64,000 bases of DNA, taken from Bacteroidia bacterium (GTDB lineage: Bacteria > Bacteroidota > Bacteroidia > NS11-12g > UBA9320). The stretch spans positions 128,001-192,000 of the forward strand of contig CBDCFW010000004.1 of the NCBI GenBank assembly GCA_965216465.1, written 5' to 3'. How positions within the stretch are numbered: position 1 is the first letter of the stretch; every line of letters starts with the position of its first letter. Both the position numbers and the translations under genes were made by a program. This document shows, piece by piece, positions 51,341 to 60,734 of the stretch. The notes beneath the pieces are model-generated. The model saw only the letters and a program-made list of their open reading frames with translations, did no database searches and was not told the DNA's origin.

Positions 51341-51355
51341 GGGCATGGTTTGTGA
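51341..51355 (+). promoter_or_regulatory. Candidate sigma-54 (-24/-12) promoter
   Basis: GGGCATGGTTTGTGA aligns to TGGCACG-N4-TTGC with the GG and -12 G in register; no TAnnTTTG box seen for this gene. Confidence 0.45.
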
Positions 51356-51386
51356 AATCATTATAATGAACCAATTATTTATGCTT

Positions 51387-52508
51387 ATGAAACAACAATA
51401 CTTAATATTATTACTGAGCACATTATTCTTGGCATCGTGCAGTTCAGGCATGAAGCGACTTGAGAAAGGTCACTACGATGCAGCTGTTTATAAAGCAGTA
51501 AAGCGTTTGAACCAAAAACCCGATCACAAAAAGGCTAGCCGCGTATTGCGAGAAGCATACACGTTGGCAGTTGATGAACATATGGAACGCATTCGTTTTA
51601 ATGATCAATCAGATAACCCATTCAAATATGACAGAATGGTAGACGGATATGTTCAAATCATGCATTTAAACAATGCAATTCGCAAATATCCAAAGTACGC
51701 CCGACTTGTCAACTTAATTGACGTCACCGAAGAGCTAAATTTTAGTAAACAACAAGCGGCAATTGCCCATAAAACTGAAGGAGATCGGTTATTGGCAATT
51801 GGCTCAAAACAACGGGCTCGAGACGCATACTACCATTACTTAGATGCGAATAGTTTTGTTAGAGGAACTATTCCTGTTGCAATGCTTGATGAAGCCCAAG
51901 ATGCAGGAACTGTTAATGTTGCAGTTGAGTTTTCTTCTGCTTCTAATTTCTTCTCTGGATTCTCTTCAGATGCACTTCATAACGGCTTGTATAATGGAAT
52001 TCGATCAACGCGTTACCGATTTTTACGTGTTGTTGATCCGGCTACAGATCTTGCTATAGACGAGGTGGTTCAGGTTGAATTGGATGAAGCACATATTGGT
52101 GGAGTAGACTTTTCTAAACGCATTATGGAGCTTAGTAAGGATGATGTATTTCTTGGCGAAGCTGAAACCGATAGTGGAGAACTGGTAAAGGTGTATGGTA
52201 CTGTACATGCCGATTACATCGAGTACTGTAAAACCATTAATAGTAGAGCAAGAATTCTAATCCAAAGAGTAAACCCAAATTCGGCACATGTTATTGGACG
52301 TCAGGTGATTCCATCAAATTTTAACTGGACCGAAAAATGGGCAACATACAAAGGAGATAAAAGAGCACTGTCTGATGAGCAGCTCAAGTTTGCTCAATAT
52401 TCTGAACCTACAATTCCTAACCCAATGTGGTTATTTGCACAAGCAAGTGAACCATTAATAGGAGAAGGAGTGAGGTACTTCAGAGATCAATATAGCTACT
52501 TAAGATAA
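51387..52508 (+). CDS. Hypothetical lipoprotein with helical (TPR-like) N-terminal half
   Basis: MKQQYLILLLSTLFLASC lipobox; start refined to ATG 51387. Confidence 0.78.
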   Translation: MKQQYLILLLSTLFLASCSSGMKRLEKGHYDAAVYKAVKRLNQKPDHKKASRVLREAYTLAVDEHMERIRFNDQSDNPFKYDRMVDGYVQIMHLNNAIRKYPKYARLVNLIDVTEELNFSKQQAAIAHKTEGDRLLAIGSKQRARDAYYHYLDANSFVRGTIPVAMLDEAQDAGTVNVAVEFSSASNFFSGFSSDALHNGLYNGIRSTRYRFLRVVDPATDLAIDEVVQVELDEAHIGGVDFSKRIMELSKDDVFLGEAETDSGELVKVYGTVHADYIEYCKTINSRARILIQRVNPNSAHVIGRQVIPSNFNWTEKWATYKGDKRALSDEQLKFAQYSEPTIPNPMWLFAQASEPLIGEGVRYFRDQYSYLR

Positions 52509-52527
52509 GACAGTAGGTTTAAGTTGG

Positions 52528-52565
52528 AGCCCGGATTGACGAAAGTTGGTCCGGGTTTATTTTTT
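52528..52565 (+). terminator. Intrinsic terminator with GAAA loop
   Basis: CCCGGATTGAC-GAAA-GTTGGTCCGGG followed by a T-rich tail; between convergent genes. Confidence 0.75.
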
Positions 52566-52892
52566 CACGCAGCTCATGCAATACACACTTTCGGGTCTAA
52601 ATTTTAGCCGCCCGAACTGTATGGCATTTCCGCACTTCTTACATTGGCCAAAATCGTCGTGATCAACTTCTTCTTGAGCGGCTTTGAGTTTAATTAAACG
52701 CTGCTCTGCTAGCCTCAATGCAGCTTCGTTCACGCTTTTGTTATTAATCGCATCCATCCGGCTAATGCGACCAATTGAATTTTCAGGAGAAACGGGTTTG
52801 GTCAGTTCTTTTAATTCAGCAATATCCTCTTGGGTGCGTTTGATTTTATGCTCAATCACACTCCGAAGTTCTACTCGCTGTTTTGGTGTCAT
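52557..52892 (-). CDS. TraR/DksA family C4 zinc-finger protein
   Basis: Coiled coil, then FGQCKKCG..RL...P....CMSC. Confidence 0.88.
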   Translation of the reverse strand: MTPKQRVELRSVIEHKIKRTQEDIAELKELTKPVSPENSIGRISRMDAINNKSVNEAALRLAEQRLIKLKAAQEEVDHDDFGQCKKCGNAIQFGRLKFRPESVYCMSCVKK

Positions 52893-53890
52893 TATTCTAA
52901 ATATGAATGTGCTTTCTCAACCATTTTAGTTGATCCCATGAATACCGGATTTCTTTGATGAATCTCAGTAGGTTCAATTTCCATAATTCTGTCAGCACCA
53001 TTTGTTGCTTTCCCTCCGGCTTGTTCGGTAATGAATGCCATTGGATTGCTTTCGAACATCAATCGCAATTTTCCATTAGGTGCACTGCTCGTTGCCGGAT
53101 ACATGAAAATGCCTCCTTTTAATAGATTACGGTGAAAGTCTGCAACCATTGACCCAATATAACGGGCACTGTATGCTTCTTTCTCAGTTGAGTTTCTGCA
53201 ATAATCGATGTACGATTTAACTCCAGCACTGAACTTATCGTAATTTCCTTCGTTTACAGAGTAAATTTTTCCATCTTGTGGAATACGAATGTCAGGATGA
53301 CTCAAACAAAAATCCCCAATCGAAGCGTCTAAGGTAAATGCATTAACCCCTTGGCCAGTAGTCAACACCAACATCGTGCTGCTTCCATAAATGATATATC
53401 CTGCAGCAACTTGGTTTATTCCCTTTTGAAGTACATCTTCCATTGTTACTTGCGAACCAAGTGGACTAATACGCTTGTACACCGAAAAAATGGTGCCTAT
53501 TGATGCATTAACGTCAATGTTGCTTGATCCATCTAGAGGATCCATTGCAATGATGTATTTTGAGTTTTTGTTTAAAGTCGTTTCAATGTGATGAATGTCT
53601 TCTTCCTCCTCCGAAATAATTGCGCAACAATCACCTCCTAAGGTTAATGACGATTTAAATTCGTCGTTTGCTAAAACATCTAGCTTTTTAACTTCTTCTC
53701 CTTGAACGTTAACCGAACCATCCGCTCCAAGTATATCAACTAGTCCTGCCTTTCGCACATCACGATTTACAATCTTTGCTGCAAATTTGATGTCTCTTAA
53801 AATTTTAGAAAGATCACCCGAAGCAGTAGGATGTTTGCTTTGCTGATCGGCGATAAATTGGCTTAAACTAATTACTTGTTTGGTACGCAT
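52892..53890 (-). CDS. fbp: Fructose-1,6-bisphosphatase, class 1
   Basis: [43 protein letters not shown]. Confidence 0.97.
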   Translation of the reverse strand: MRTKQVISLSQFIADQQSKHPTASGDLSKILRDIKFAAKIVNRDVRKAGLVDILGADGSVNVQGEEVKKLDVLANDEFKSSLTLGGDCCAIISEEEEDIHHIETTLNKNSKYIIAMDPLDGSSNIDVNASIGTIFSVYKRISPLGSQVTMEDVLQKGINQVAAGYIIYGSSTMLVLTTGQGVNAFTLDASIGDFCLSHPDIRIPQDGKIYSVNEGNYDKFSAGVKSYIDYCRNSTEKEAYSARYIGSMVADFHRNLLKGGIFMYPATSSAPNGKLRLMFESNPMAFITEQAGGKATNGADRIMEIEPTEIHQRNPVFMGSTKMVEKAHSYLE

Positions 53891-53908
53891 TTTTCTGATT
53901 TAAAAGGA

Positions 53909-53927
53909 TAATTTTGCCGCAAATTTA
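53909..53927. promoter_or_regulatory. Overlapping bidirectional sigma-A promoter (lysC / fbp)
   Basis: TAATTTTG (+, 53909-53916), a CCG spacer, then CAAATTTA (TAAATTTG on -, 53927-53920). Confidence 0.7.
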
Positions 53928-53934
53928 ATCTTTA

Positions 53935-55209
53935 ATGAGAGTATTCAAATTTGGTGGAGCAAGTGTTAAGAACTCGGAAGCGGTAAAAAATGTAGCTGCA
54001 GTTCTTAAAAGAGAGACGAACGGACCAATTGTCGTTGTAATTTCAGCAATGGGCAAGATTACCAACAAACTTGAAGCATTAGTAGATGCTTATTTTCATA
54101 ACAAACCTGAAAAGAAGACCCTACTCGATGAAGTTAAACAGTTTCATCAAAACATTATCAAAGATTTAAGCGTAAGCGACAACGACTACTATGAAGTCGA
54201 CAACTTGCTTATTGAGCTTGAGTGTATCATCGAAAAAACAAGAAACGATGAATCTTCATACGACGAAGAATACGATCGTATCGTTCCTTTTGGTGAATTA
54301 ATTTCAACAAAAATCGTAAGCACTTACCTCAACAAAATTGAGTACAAGTGCCGATGGATAGATGCAAGAAACTTTGTCATTACTACCGATAAAAACAGAG
54401 CAGCAAAGGTGCTTTGGGATGAAAGTGTACCTTTGATCAATAGCTCCTTAAAAGAGCTCGTTGAAAAGCAAACAATTATAACTCAAGGTTTTATCGGACG
54501 AAGCTTAAAGCATAAGAATACTACACTTGGAAGAGAAGGTTCTGATTACTCGGCAGCAATATTTGCTTACGCTTTGGATGCAGAGTCTGTAACGATTTGG
54601 AAAGATGTTGCGGGGGTGATGAACGGTGACCCGAAAAGGTTTGATGATGCAGTTTTGATTCCACGCTTATCGTGCAACGAAGCGATTGAGTTAGCGTATT
54701 ATGGTGCATCAATAATCCATCCAAAAACCATTCAGCCACTTAAGAATAAGAACATTCCATTGTATGTTAAATCGTTTATTGATAAAGATGCACCTGGAAC
54801 TGAGATCATCGAAAATGAAAGCAGAACATTGAACGAGACACAATGTTACATCGTGAAGGAAAACCAATCGATTGTAACCATAGCTTCTAAAGATTTCTCT
54901 TTTATTGTTGAAGACAATTTGGAGCTGATTTTCAAAGCACTTAATGAAGCAGGAATTCAATTAAACCTCATGCAAAATTCTGCAATTAGTTTTATGGCGT
55001 GCTTTAACGACGACCATATGAAGTCAGAGATGCTGAGCGGCCTGTTGTCTGAAAACTTTAATGTTAAGGTAGAAGAGAATTATAAATTACTTACCATCTT
55101 CAACTATAACGAAGACAGTAATCACCTAGATAAAATGTTAGATGGTTATCAAGTTGAGTTAGAGCAAAAATCTGGATTGGCGTTACAACTGGTTTTGAGC
55201 AGAGCTTAA
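53935..55209 (+). CDS. lysC: Aspartate kinase (monofunctional)
   Basis: VFKFGGASV, VISAMG, TQGFIG, TTLGREGSDYSA, WKDV.G, IHPKT. Confidence 0.92.
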   Translation: MRVFKFGGASVKNSEAVKNVAAVLKRETNGPIVVVISAMGKITNKLEALVDAYFHNKPEKKTLLDEVKQFHQNIIKDLSVSDNDYYEVDNLLIELECIIEKTRNDESSYDEEYDRIVPFGELISTKIVSTYLNKIEYKCRWIDARNFVITTDKNRAAKVLWDESVPLINSSLKELVEKQTIITQGFIGRSLKHKNTTLGREGSDYSAAIFAYALDAESVTIWKDVAGVMNGDPKRFDDAVLIPRLSCNEAIELAYYGASIIHPKTIQPLKNKNIPLYVKSFIDKDAPGTEIIENESRTLNETQCYIVKENQSIVTIASKDFSFIVEDNLELIFKALNEAGIQLNLMQNSAISFMACFNDDHMKSEMLSGLLSENFNVKVEENYKLLTIFNYNEDSNHLDKMLDGYQVELEQKSGLALQLVLSRA

Positions 55210-56330
55210 TCTGTGTTTTCTAGAACTTCTACGTCGTTGGCGTAGTACTTGATAGTTTCTTGTTCTCCACTCATTAAGATAAACTTCCCTTCTTTTTTAC
55301 CGTTTACCCATTTTCCTGCAAGCTTAATGTAGCCGTCTGTAGAGCTTTGTTCACAATAACCGTGTGGCTTTCCATTTTTAAATGTTCCGGTAACTTGACC
55401 ATCAGGAGTGTGTAAAGTGCCTCGGCCGTTAATACTGTTATTCGACATTTGTCCTTGATAGTAGTAATCTGTTCCCATAAGGTAAACACCCGAACCTAGC
55501 ATTTCATCCTGAAACCAATCACCTACATAGCCTATTTTAGCACTATACGAAATTTTACCTTTTCCATGCTTTTTTCCCATTACGTATTGGCCGGTATAGG
55601 ATGCATTTTGACTCTCTGAATAGTAATCCCCTTGGCCCCAAAAGAATCCAAGTTTAAACTCACCTTTATACTTATTTCCAAAAGTGTCGACGTATTCGCC
55701 TTTGCCATGAGGGAGACCATAAGACCATTCGCCTTGATAAATTACAGCATTATTCTCGCCCCAAGTCATGGTTCCTGTTCCTGCCAACACATCGCCAGCA
55801 ACAGCTTTTCCATCTGGAAGCAGCCTAAATCCCCACGTTTTTATCAAATCAGGTACTTGTTCTTGCATATATTTATTGGTTGCCGTAATCTTCATACTGC
55901 TTAATCTTCCCGCTGTGAAATAATACTCAACCATAAAGTTTTCGTTAGATGACCTACGCTTATAAGGGTTGTCTTTTATCTCGTCTAAAAAACCAGTAAC
56001 TTTTTCAACCTGATTTAGTGTATATCCCCATTGTATTCCATTCGGTAATTCCTGCTTAAAAGACTGATATGCATACCCGCTATCGAACAAGGTAATTTTA
56101 TATAAGCCAAGCTGGCCATCAAATTCAAGAACAACTCCGTCGTTTAAAAAATCAAGCTTGTAAGTTTTATTGTAAGGTAAGAAGGATTCAACCTTTCGCT
56201 CATGATCCAATTTTTTCATAACTAGATCCACTTCCTGTGTATTTAACCCTTTTCCTAAGGCATTGAGTATGTTTTGAGCATTTGCTTGCGATAAAACGAG
56301 TGAGCAAATGGCAATGACTAATAATCTCAT
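55206..56330 (-). CDS. Secreted MORN-repeat protein
   Basis: Signal MRLLVIAICSLVLSQANA; repeated YxGxW/F..G..HGxG units. TACCTTTG at 56359-56352. Confidence 0.82.
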   Translation of the reverse strand: MRLLVIAICSLVLSQANAQNILNALGKGLNTQEVDLVMKKLDHERKVESFLPYNKTYKLDFLNDGVVLEFDGQLGLYKITLFDSGYAYQSFKQELPNGIQWGYTLNQVEKVTGFLDEIKDNPYKRRSSNENFMVEYYFTAGRLSSMKITATNKYMQEQVPDLIKTWGFRLLPDGKAVAGDVLAGTGTMTWGENNAVIYQGEWSYGLPHGKGEYVDTFGNKYKGEFKLGFFWGQGDYYSESQNASYTGQYVMGKKHGKGKISYSAKIGYVGDWFQDEMLGSGVYLMGTDYYYQGQMSNNSINGRGTLHTPDGQVTGTFKNGKPHGYCEQSSTDGYIKLAGKWVNGKKEGKFILMSGEQETIKYYANDVEVLENTD

Positions 56331-56525
56331 GTATTCTTTAAACGTGTCAAGCAAAGGTATATTTTACGTGTTGTGATTAGAAGTAAAACCTACTAATTGC
56401 TTGAAATTTCTGACAATTGTTCCAATCTACAGACAGTTTATATTGCTATAAGGTTGCCTTATAAGGTCAAAATAAATATCGATTTATAAATACGTGATTA
56501 GTACTAGCTTTGCAGCAAATTAAAC

Positions 56526-56855
56526 ATGGCTAAACACAACGTTACTTTTAAATTCGAAACCGACGACACTAAGGTGGTTAAAGTTGAGGTGAACGAAGGC
56601 GATTCAATTCTCGATGCGGCATTGGATAATGACATCCATCTAAACCACAATTGCGGAGCAGTTTGTGCATGCAGTACATGTCATGTTTATATTGATAAAG
56701 GAATGGATTCTTTACCTGAAATTTCGGATAAAGAAGAAGATTTTATAGATCGCGCTATTAATCCTCAAATCAATTCAAGACTGGGTTGTCAGTGCATCGT
56801 TACTGCCGATATAGACGTTACCATTCCAGATCAAAGCAGTATTATAGGACATTAA
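56526..56855 (+). CDS. fdx: ISC-type [2Fe-2S] ferredoxin
   Basis: HNCGAVCACSTCHVY and SRLGCQ. TAGCTTTG at 56505-56512. Confidence 0.92.
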   Translation: MAKHNVTFKFETDDTKVVKVEVNEGDSILDAALDNDIHLNHNCGAVCACSTCHVYIDKGMDSLPEISDKEEDFIDRAINPQINSRLGCQCIVTADIDVTIPDQSSIIGH

Positions 56856-56856
56856 A

Positions 56857-57102
56857 ATGAGTGATAATAAATTTTACGAACCGCCAATGAACTGGTCTGA
56901 TTATGAAGATATTGCATTGGCATTGTATGAAAAATTCGGAGACGAATTCGGAGAGTCTAAAATATATAGAATCCGATTCACCGATTTGTTGGATTGGGTG
57001 TTGAATCTTCCTAACTTTGAAGGCAAACGCGAAGACAGCAACGAAGGTCATTTAGAAATGATTCAAAGTAGCTGGGTATACGAATGGCGCGACAACCAAT
57101 AA
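56857..57102 (+). CDS. iscX: Fe-S assembly protein IscX
   Basis: W.D..DIA..L, IRFTDL..W, LEMIQ..W..E; directly follows fdx. Confidence 0.9.
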   Translation: MSDNKFYEPPMNWSDYEDIALALYEKFGDEFGESKIYRIRFTDLLDWVLNLPNFEGKREDSNEGHLEMIQSSWVYEWRDNQ

Positions 57103-57112
57103 ACATTACACT

Positions 57113-57628
57113 TTGATACTCGATAAATTTAAGCAAATTGACACCTTTGTACTAGACGTCGACGGTGTTCTTACAAATGGTTCTGTTATAGCTACAGATA
57201 ACCACGAAATGTTAAGGTCTTTTAACATTAAAGACGGGTTTGCTTTGCAATTTGCTGTTAAGCAAGGTTACAACATCATTATTATAAGTGGAGGTACATC
57301 TGAAGGAGTAAGATCAAGACTTGAGAATTTAGGGATTAAGCATGTACACACTGGAGTTGCCAACAAAAAGGAATTGTTTGGCAAACTGATGAAAGATCTT
57401 GGTATCTCATCCTCTTCTTGCGTATATATGGGCGACGATTATCCGGATCTTTCTGTAATGCGAATGTGTGAAATTAAAACCTGTCCAAAAGATGCTGCGT
57501 GGGAGCTACAAGAACAGAGCGATTGGATTTCAACACAAAATGGTGGGGAAGGAGCAGTACGTGAATTGATTGAATCGGTACTTACGCTCCAAGGCAAGTG
57601 GGAGTCGTCTGAACATTCTGTATGGTAA
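57113..57628 (+). CDS. kdsC: KdsC-like HAD phosphatase
   Basis: LDVDGVLT, FNIKDG, YMGDDYPD, GGEGAVRE. Confidence 0.85.
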   Translation: MILDKFKQIDTFVLDVDGVLTNGSVIATDNHEMLRSFNIKDGFALQFAVKQGYNIIIISGGTSEGVRSRLENLGIKHVHTGVANKKELFGKLMKDLGISSSSCVYMGDDYPDLSVMRMCEIKTCPKDAAWELQEQSDWISTQNGGEGAVRELIESVLTLQGKWESSEHSVW

Positions 57629-57689
57629 TGCATACGACAACATTCTAAGTGTTAAAACAGCATCCTTGTTTTCAGATAACTTTGAAGCT

Positions 57690-57977
57690 ATGCTTCAAAA
57701 GATCGCAAATCAAAAGTATGCTATCACTTTAATTTTCTTTACCGTTTGGATGGTGCTGTTTGATCGAAACAGTGCTGTATTTATGTACAAGCAGTACAAC
57801 GAACTGAAGGATCTTAAGCAACAAGAAGTATTTCTTCAAGAAGAAATCGATGCGATGACTCAAGAAAAAGAAGATTTGTTTTCGAATGAAGATCTTTTAG
57901 AGAAATATGCTCGAGAGAATTACTTCTTTAAAAAGGATAATGAGGATGTCTTTATTATAGAAAGAACTCAAAAATGA
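57690..57977 (+). CDS. ftsB: FtsB/DivIC septum formation initiator family
   Basis: One TM helix (WMVLFD), coiled coil, LEKYARENYFFKKDNEDVF. Start refined to ATG 57690 behind TAACTTTG (57677-57684). Confidence 0.82.
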   Translation: MLQKIANQKYAITLIFFTVWMVLFDRNSAVFMYKQYNELKDLKQQEVFLQEEIDAMTQEKEDLFSNEDLLEKYARENYFFKKDNEDVFIIERTQK

Positions 57978-58756
57978 AGTTTCTTTACTTGGTCGTGTAA
58001 GGCTTCTACAATTCTAGCATTTCCGGCAATTATAGATTTGCCGAAGACGAAATCATTCCCACCTTTGAAGTCAATGACTTGACCTCCAGCCTGTTGAACT
58101 AAGTAGGCACCAGCTGCAACATCCCAAGGGCTTAAGTTTAGTTCGAAGAAACCATCAAATTTCCCCAAAGCTGAATAAGCCAAATCTATGGCAGCACTGC
58201 CCATTCTGCGAAGTCCCTTTGTTTCTTTCATTAGTTCTTTGAGCATGGCCAGATAAGCATCTATTTCACCAAAGGTGTAATAAGGAAAACCAGTAGCTAT
58301 TAATGTTGATTTTAGCTCATGGCGTTTAGATACTTCAATTTTTTGACCATTGAGAAATGCTCCCTTTGGCTCAGCGATAAAGAGCTCGTTTGTAAGTGGG
58401 ATATAAATACATCCAAAAACCGTTTTCCCTCCTTCAAGAAGTGCAATTGAAATAGCATACTGTTGATGTTGAAACAAGTAGTTTGTAGTGCCATCTAAAG
58501 GGTCAATAATCCAATACAATTCTGAATTCTCTTGAGAGGTAGTTTCTTCTTCAGTTAAAAATCCAGCCTCTGGCGTCACAGAAGATAGGCCTGCAACCAG
58601 TCTTTTTTCACTTTCTACGTCTACATAACTAACAAGTTGATTTAGTGCTTTTTCTGTAATGTCGGAAGTAGCAATTTTACCTTGTTCGGCAATTTGAAAA
58701 GCACCGACTTCTTTTACTAGGTTTTCAACAGAGTTGATTTGGTTTGTGTTCAGCAT
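57968..58756 (-). CDS. suhB: Inositol monophosphatase family protein
   Basis: VSYVD, EE, WIIDPLDGTTN, RRMGSAA, WDVAAG. Confidence 0.92.
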   Translation of the reverse strand: MLNTNQINSVENLVKEVGAFQIAEQGKIATSDITEKALNQLVSYVDVESEKRLVAGLSSVTPEAGFLTEEETTSQENSELYWIIDPLDGTTNYLFQHQQYAISIALLEGGKTVFGCIYIPLTNELFIAEPKGAFLNGQKIEVSKRHELKSTLIATGFPYYTFGEIDAYLAMLKELMKETKGLRRMGSAAIDLAYSALGKFDGFFELNLSPWDVAAGAYLVQQAGGQVIDFKGGNDFVFGKSIIAGNARIVEALHDQVKKLHF

Positions 58757-59683
58757 TTATTGAAATTCGGTTAAGAGTTCAGGGTTTTTAATTAAATCAA
58801 ATTTACGGGCAAAAAATCCATTGGATTGTTTCATTTTTGGAACTTCTTCAAGGGTAATTATTCCAGGGCCATTGTTCACAGGTTTGTCCCAATTGATGTA
58901 GCGTAGGTCTGAGTTTACTATGTTTTCAGATCCAACATGTAATGCAATAGTCTGTAGCAAGATCTCATCAGGAAACAAAGAATGCTTAAAATAGCGTAAA
59001 GTCTTTGAGTTAGCAGAAATGTACGCTAACATTAATCTCACCAAGTCTTGATTGATAGAAAACCAACCACTACCTCCATAGTAATCCAATTGAGGTAGTT
59101 TTCGTTTGGCAATAGCATGATAAAGCCGTTTAAAGCTGTTGAATCGAGTGAAGTATCGAACCACATTGGCCAATAAACTTCCTTCAGTGAAGTGGAAGGT
59201 GTCAACTAATCCAATTCCATTCTTGTAAAACTTATAGGCATAATTTTCTTGTGGAAGTCGATCACGAAACACTTTGAAAGAGCTAAAGATATCCTCTCTA
59301 TTCTTTTCGTATGACTTGGCTAAGGGGATAGGGAAATGATTGACAAAACTAAGTTCTCTGTTTTTTGAAAAGAAAGCGTCAAACTCTGCCTTCGACTTGA
59401 TGGGGAAGTCTTCTCCAGAAATCAAATGGAAGTAATCGAAATTTTCTTCATTGGCCTCTTGCATGAGCTCTATTGCAGCTTGCACTATTGAAAAATGACC
59501 TCGCCTTACATTAAATGATCGCTTATGAATGAGCGGATAGAGAAATTTGTTTTGATTAAATAAGTCTAGTGCTTTTATGTCAACATGAAGAAGTACTTCA
59601 AAACCCAGCTCAAAACACCGCTTAACAAGTAATTCTACTTGCTTGGGATTCTTGTGGGCTAGTATGGCAACGATGTGTTTCAC
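58757..59683 (-). CDS. GT14-like (core-2/I-branching-type) glycosyltransferase
   Basis: ILAHK, HVD, LISGEDFPIK, GSGWF, PDE..QT, RYINW, FARKF. Confidence 0.85.
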   Translation of the reverse strand: MKHIVAILAHKNPKQVELLVKRCFELGFEVLLHVDIKALDLFNQNKFLYPLIHKRSFNVRRGHFSIVQAAIELMQEANEENFDYFHLISGEDFPIKSKAEFDAFFSKNRELSFVNHFPIPLAKSYEKNREDIFSSFKVFRDRLPQENYAYKFYKNGIGLVDTFHFTEGSLLANVVRYFTRFNSFKRLYHAIAKRKLPQLDYYGGSGWFSINQDLVRLMLAYISANSKTLRYFKHSLFPDEILLQTIALHVGSENIVNSDLRYINWDKPVNNGPGIITLEEVPKMKQSNGFFARKFDLIKNPELLTEFQ

Positions 59684-60732
59684 GCTAAAAGGTCTGCTTC
59701 AAACTTATCCCAACTTAAATTCTTTTTGTAATGGTCGAACGAGGATTTACAAATTTCCTGATATTGGCCAGGATTATTTTTCCATAGCTCAATAATTTGC
59801 TCTGCCTCAATTAGATCCTTCACGATATAGCCATTTATACCATTTATTATTTGACTTGCAACTCCTCCAACTTCAAAAGCAATAACAGGAGTGCTCATAC
59901 TGTTTGCTTCATTTATCACTATAGGCGTGCAATCTGCCGTTGAAAACAATAAAAATACATGTGCTTTACGATACTCGTCAACCAATTGACTTAATTCAGA
60001 AGGGATAGCTTTGTTAAGCATTTTATGGGTGCCAATTATGGTTAGCTGTGCACCTAAATTACGGCTTAAGCTTTGAGCTTGTTCAAGACCTTTTCGTTTT
60101 ACGTCCTTACCGACCGCTAGCATGTTCAATTGCGAATACTGCGTTGGAAATACTTGAATATCTTCATTTTCTGGGACCGGTATGTTGCTGCCAAAATTTG
60201 TACGATACAACCTATCAGTTATCTCAGGATATTGACTTGCAGTGGCATTTAGTGCCCAATCAGACGTGAAAAACAACTTATCAAACTTCAGGAAAGCTCT
60301 TTTTTCCATTCTAAGGGCTTCTGCTACCTCTTTTGAACCCAAATTGCTGTAGTTTGGATACCAATCCTTAAGCAGGCTAAAAATTGCGTCGGCAAGAAGA
60401 TAACAAGGAGTTTCTGTATCGTGATAGCTGAGTTCTGTTCCACTCCCTAAAAAGAGAATAAGGTCAGGCTTAAATCGATTTTCATGTTTTAACAATTCGC
60501 GTTGGTAAAGCTTTGACGCTCTAGGACTGAAGTAAACATTTCTTCTTTTTCCTGAAAACCGATAACTCCAATAAGAAAGCCTTGCCAAGTTTTGTTGGTA
60601 CCTATGCGCACCTTCAGCATAGCAAAACTCAACATCATGGTGCTGAGATAATTGTTCATATACATGCTTACAGATTCCAGACCAAGAGCTGATATCATTA
60701 ATAGGTAATATGCTGGCAAGTAGAATTTTCAC
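59680..60732 (-). CDS. GT4 family glycosyltransferase
   Basis: SWSG, RKG, ADCTPIVINEA..PVI...VGG....I..G.NG. Confidence 0.85.
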   Translation of the reverse strand: MKILLASILPINDISSWSGICKHVYEQLSQHHDVEFCYAEGAHRYQQNLARLSYWSYRFSGKRRNVYFSPRASKLYQRELLKHENRFKPDLILFLGSGTELSYHDTETPCYLLADAIFSLLKDWYPNYSNLGSKEVAEALRMEKRAFLKFDKLFFTSDWALNATASQYPEITDRLYRTNFGSNIPVPENEDIQVFPTQYSQLNMLAVGKDVKRKGLEQAQSLSRNLGAQLTIIGTHKMLNKAIPSELSQLVDEYRKAHVFLLFSTADCTPIVINEANSMSTPVIAFEVGGVASQIINGINGYIVKDLIEAEQIIELWKNNPGQYQEICKSSFDHYKKNLSWDKFEADLLA

Positions 60733-60734
60733 GG

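Noticed and set aside
57570-57689. Long ftsB N-terminal extension overlapping kdsC
   Set aside because: A perfect -7 box and ATG at 57690 give a typical-length FtsB; the extension looks like an ORF-calling artefact.
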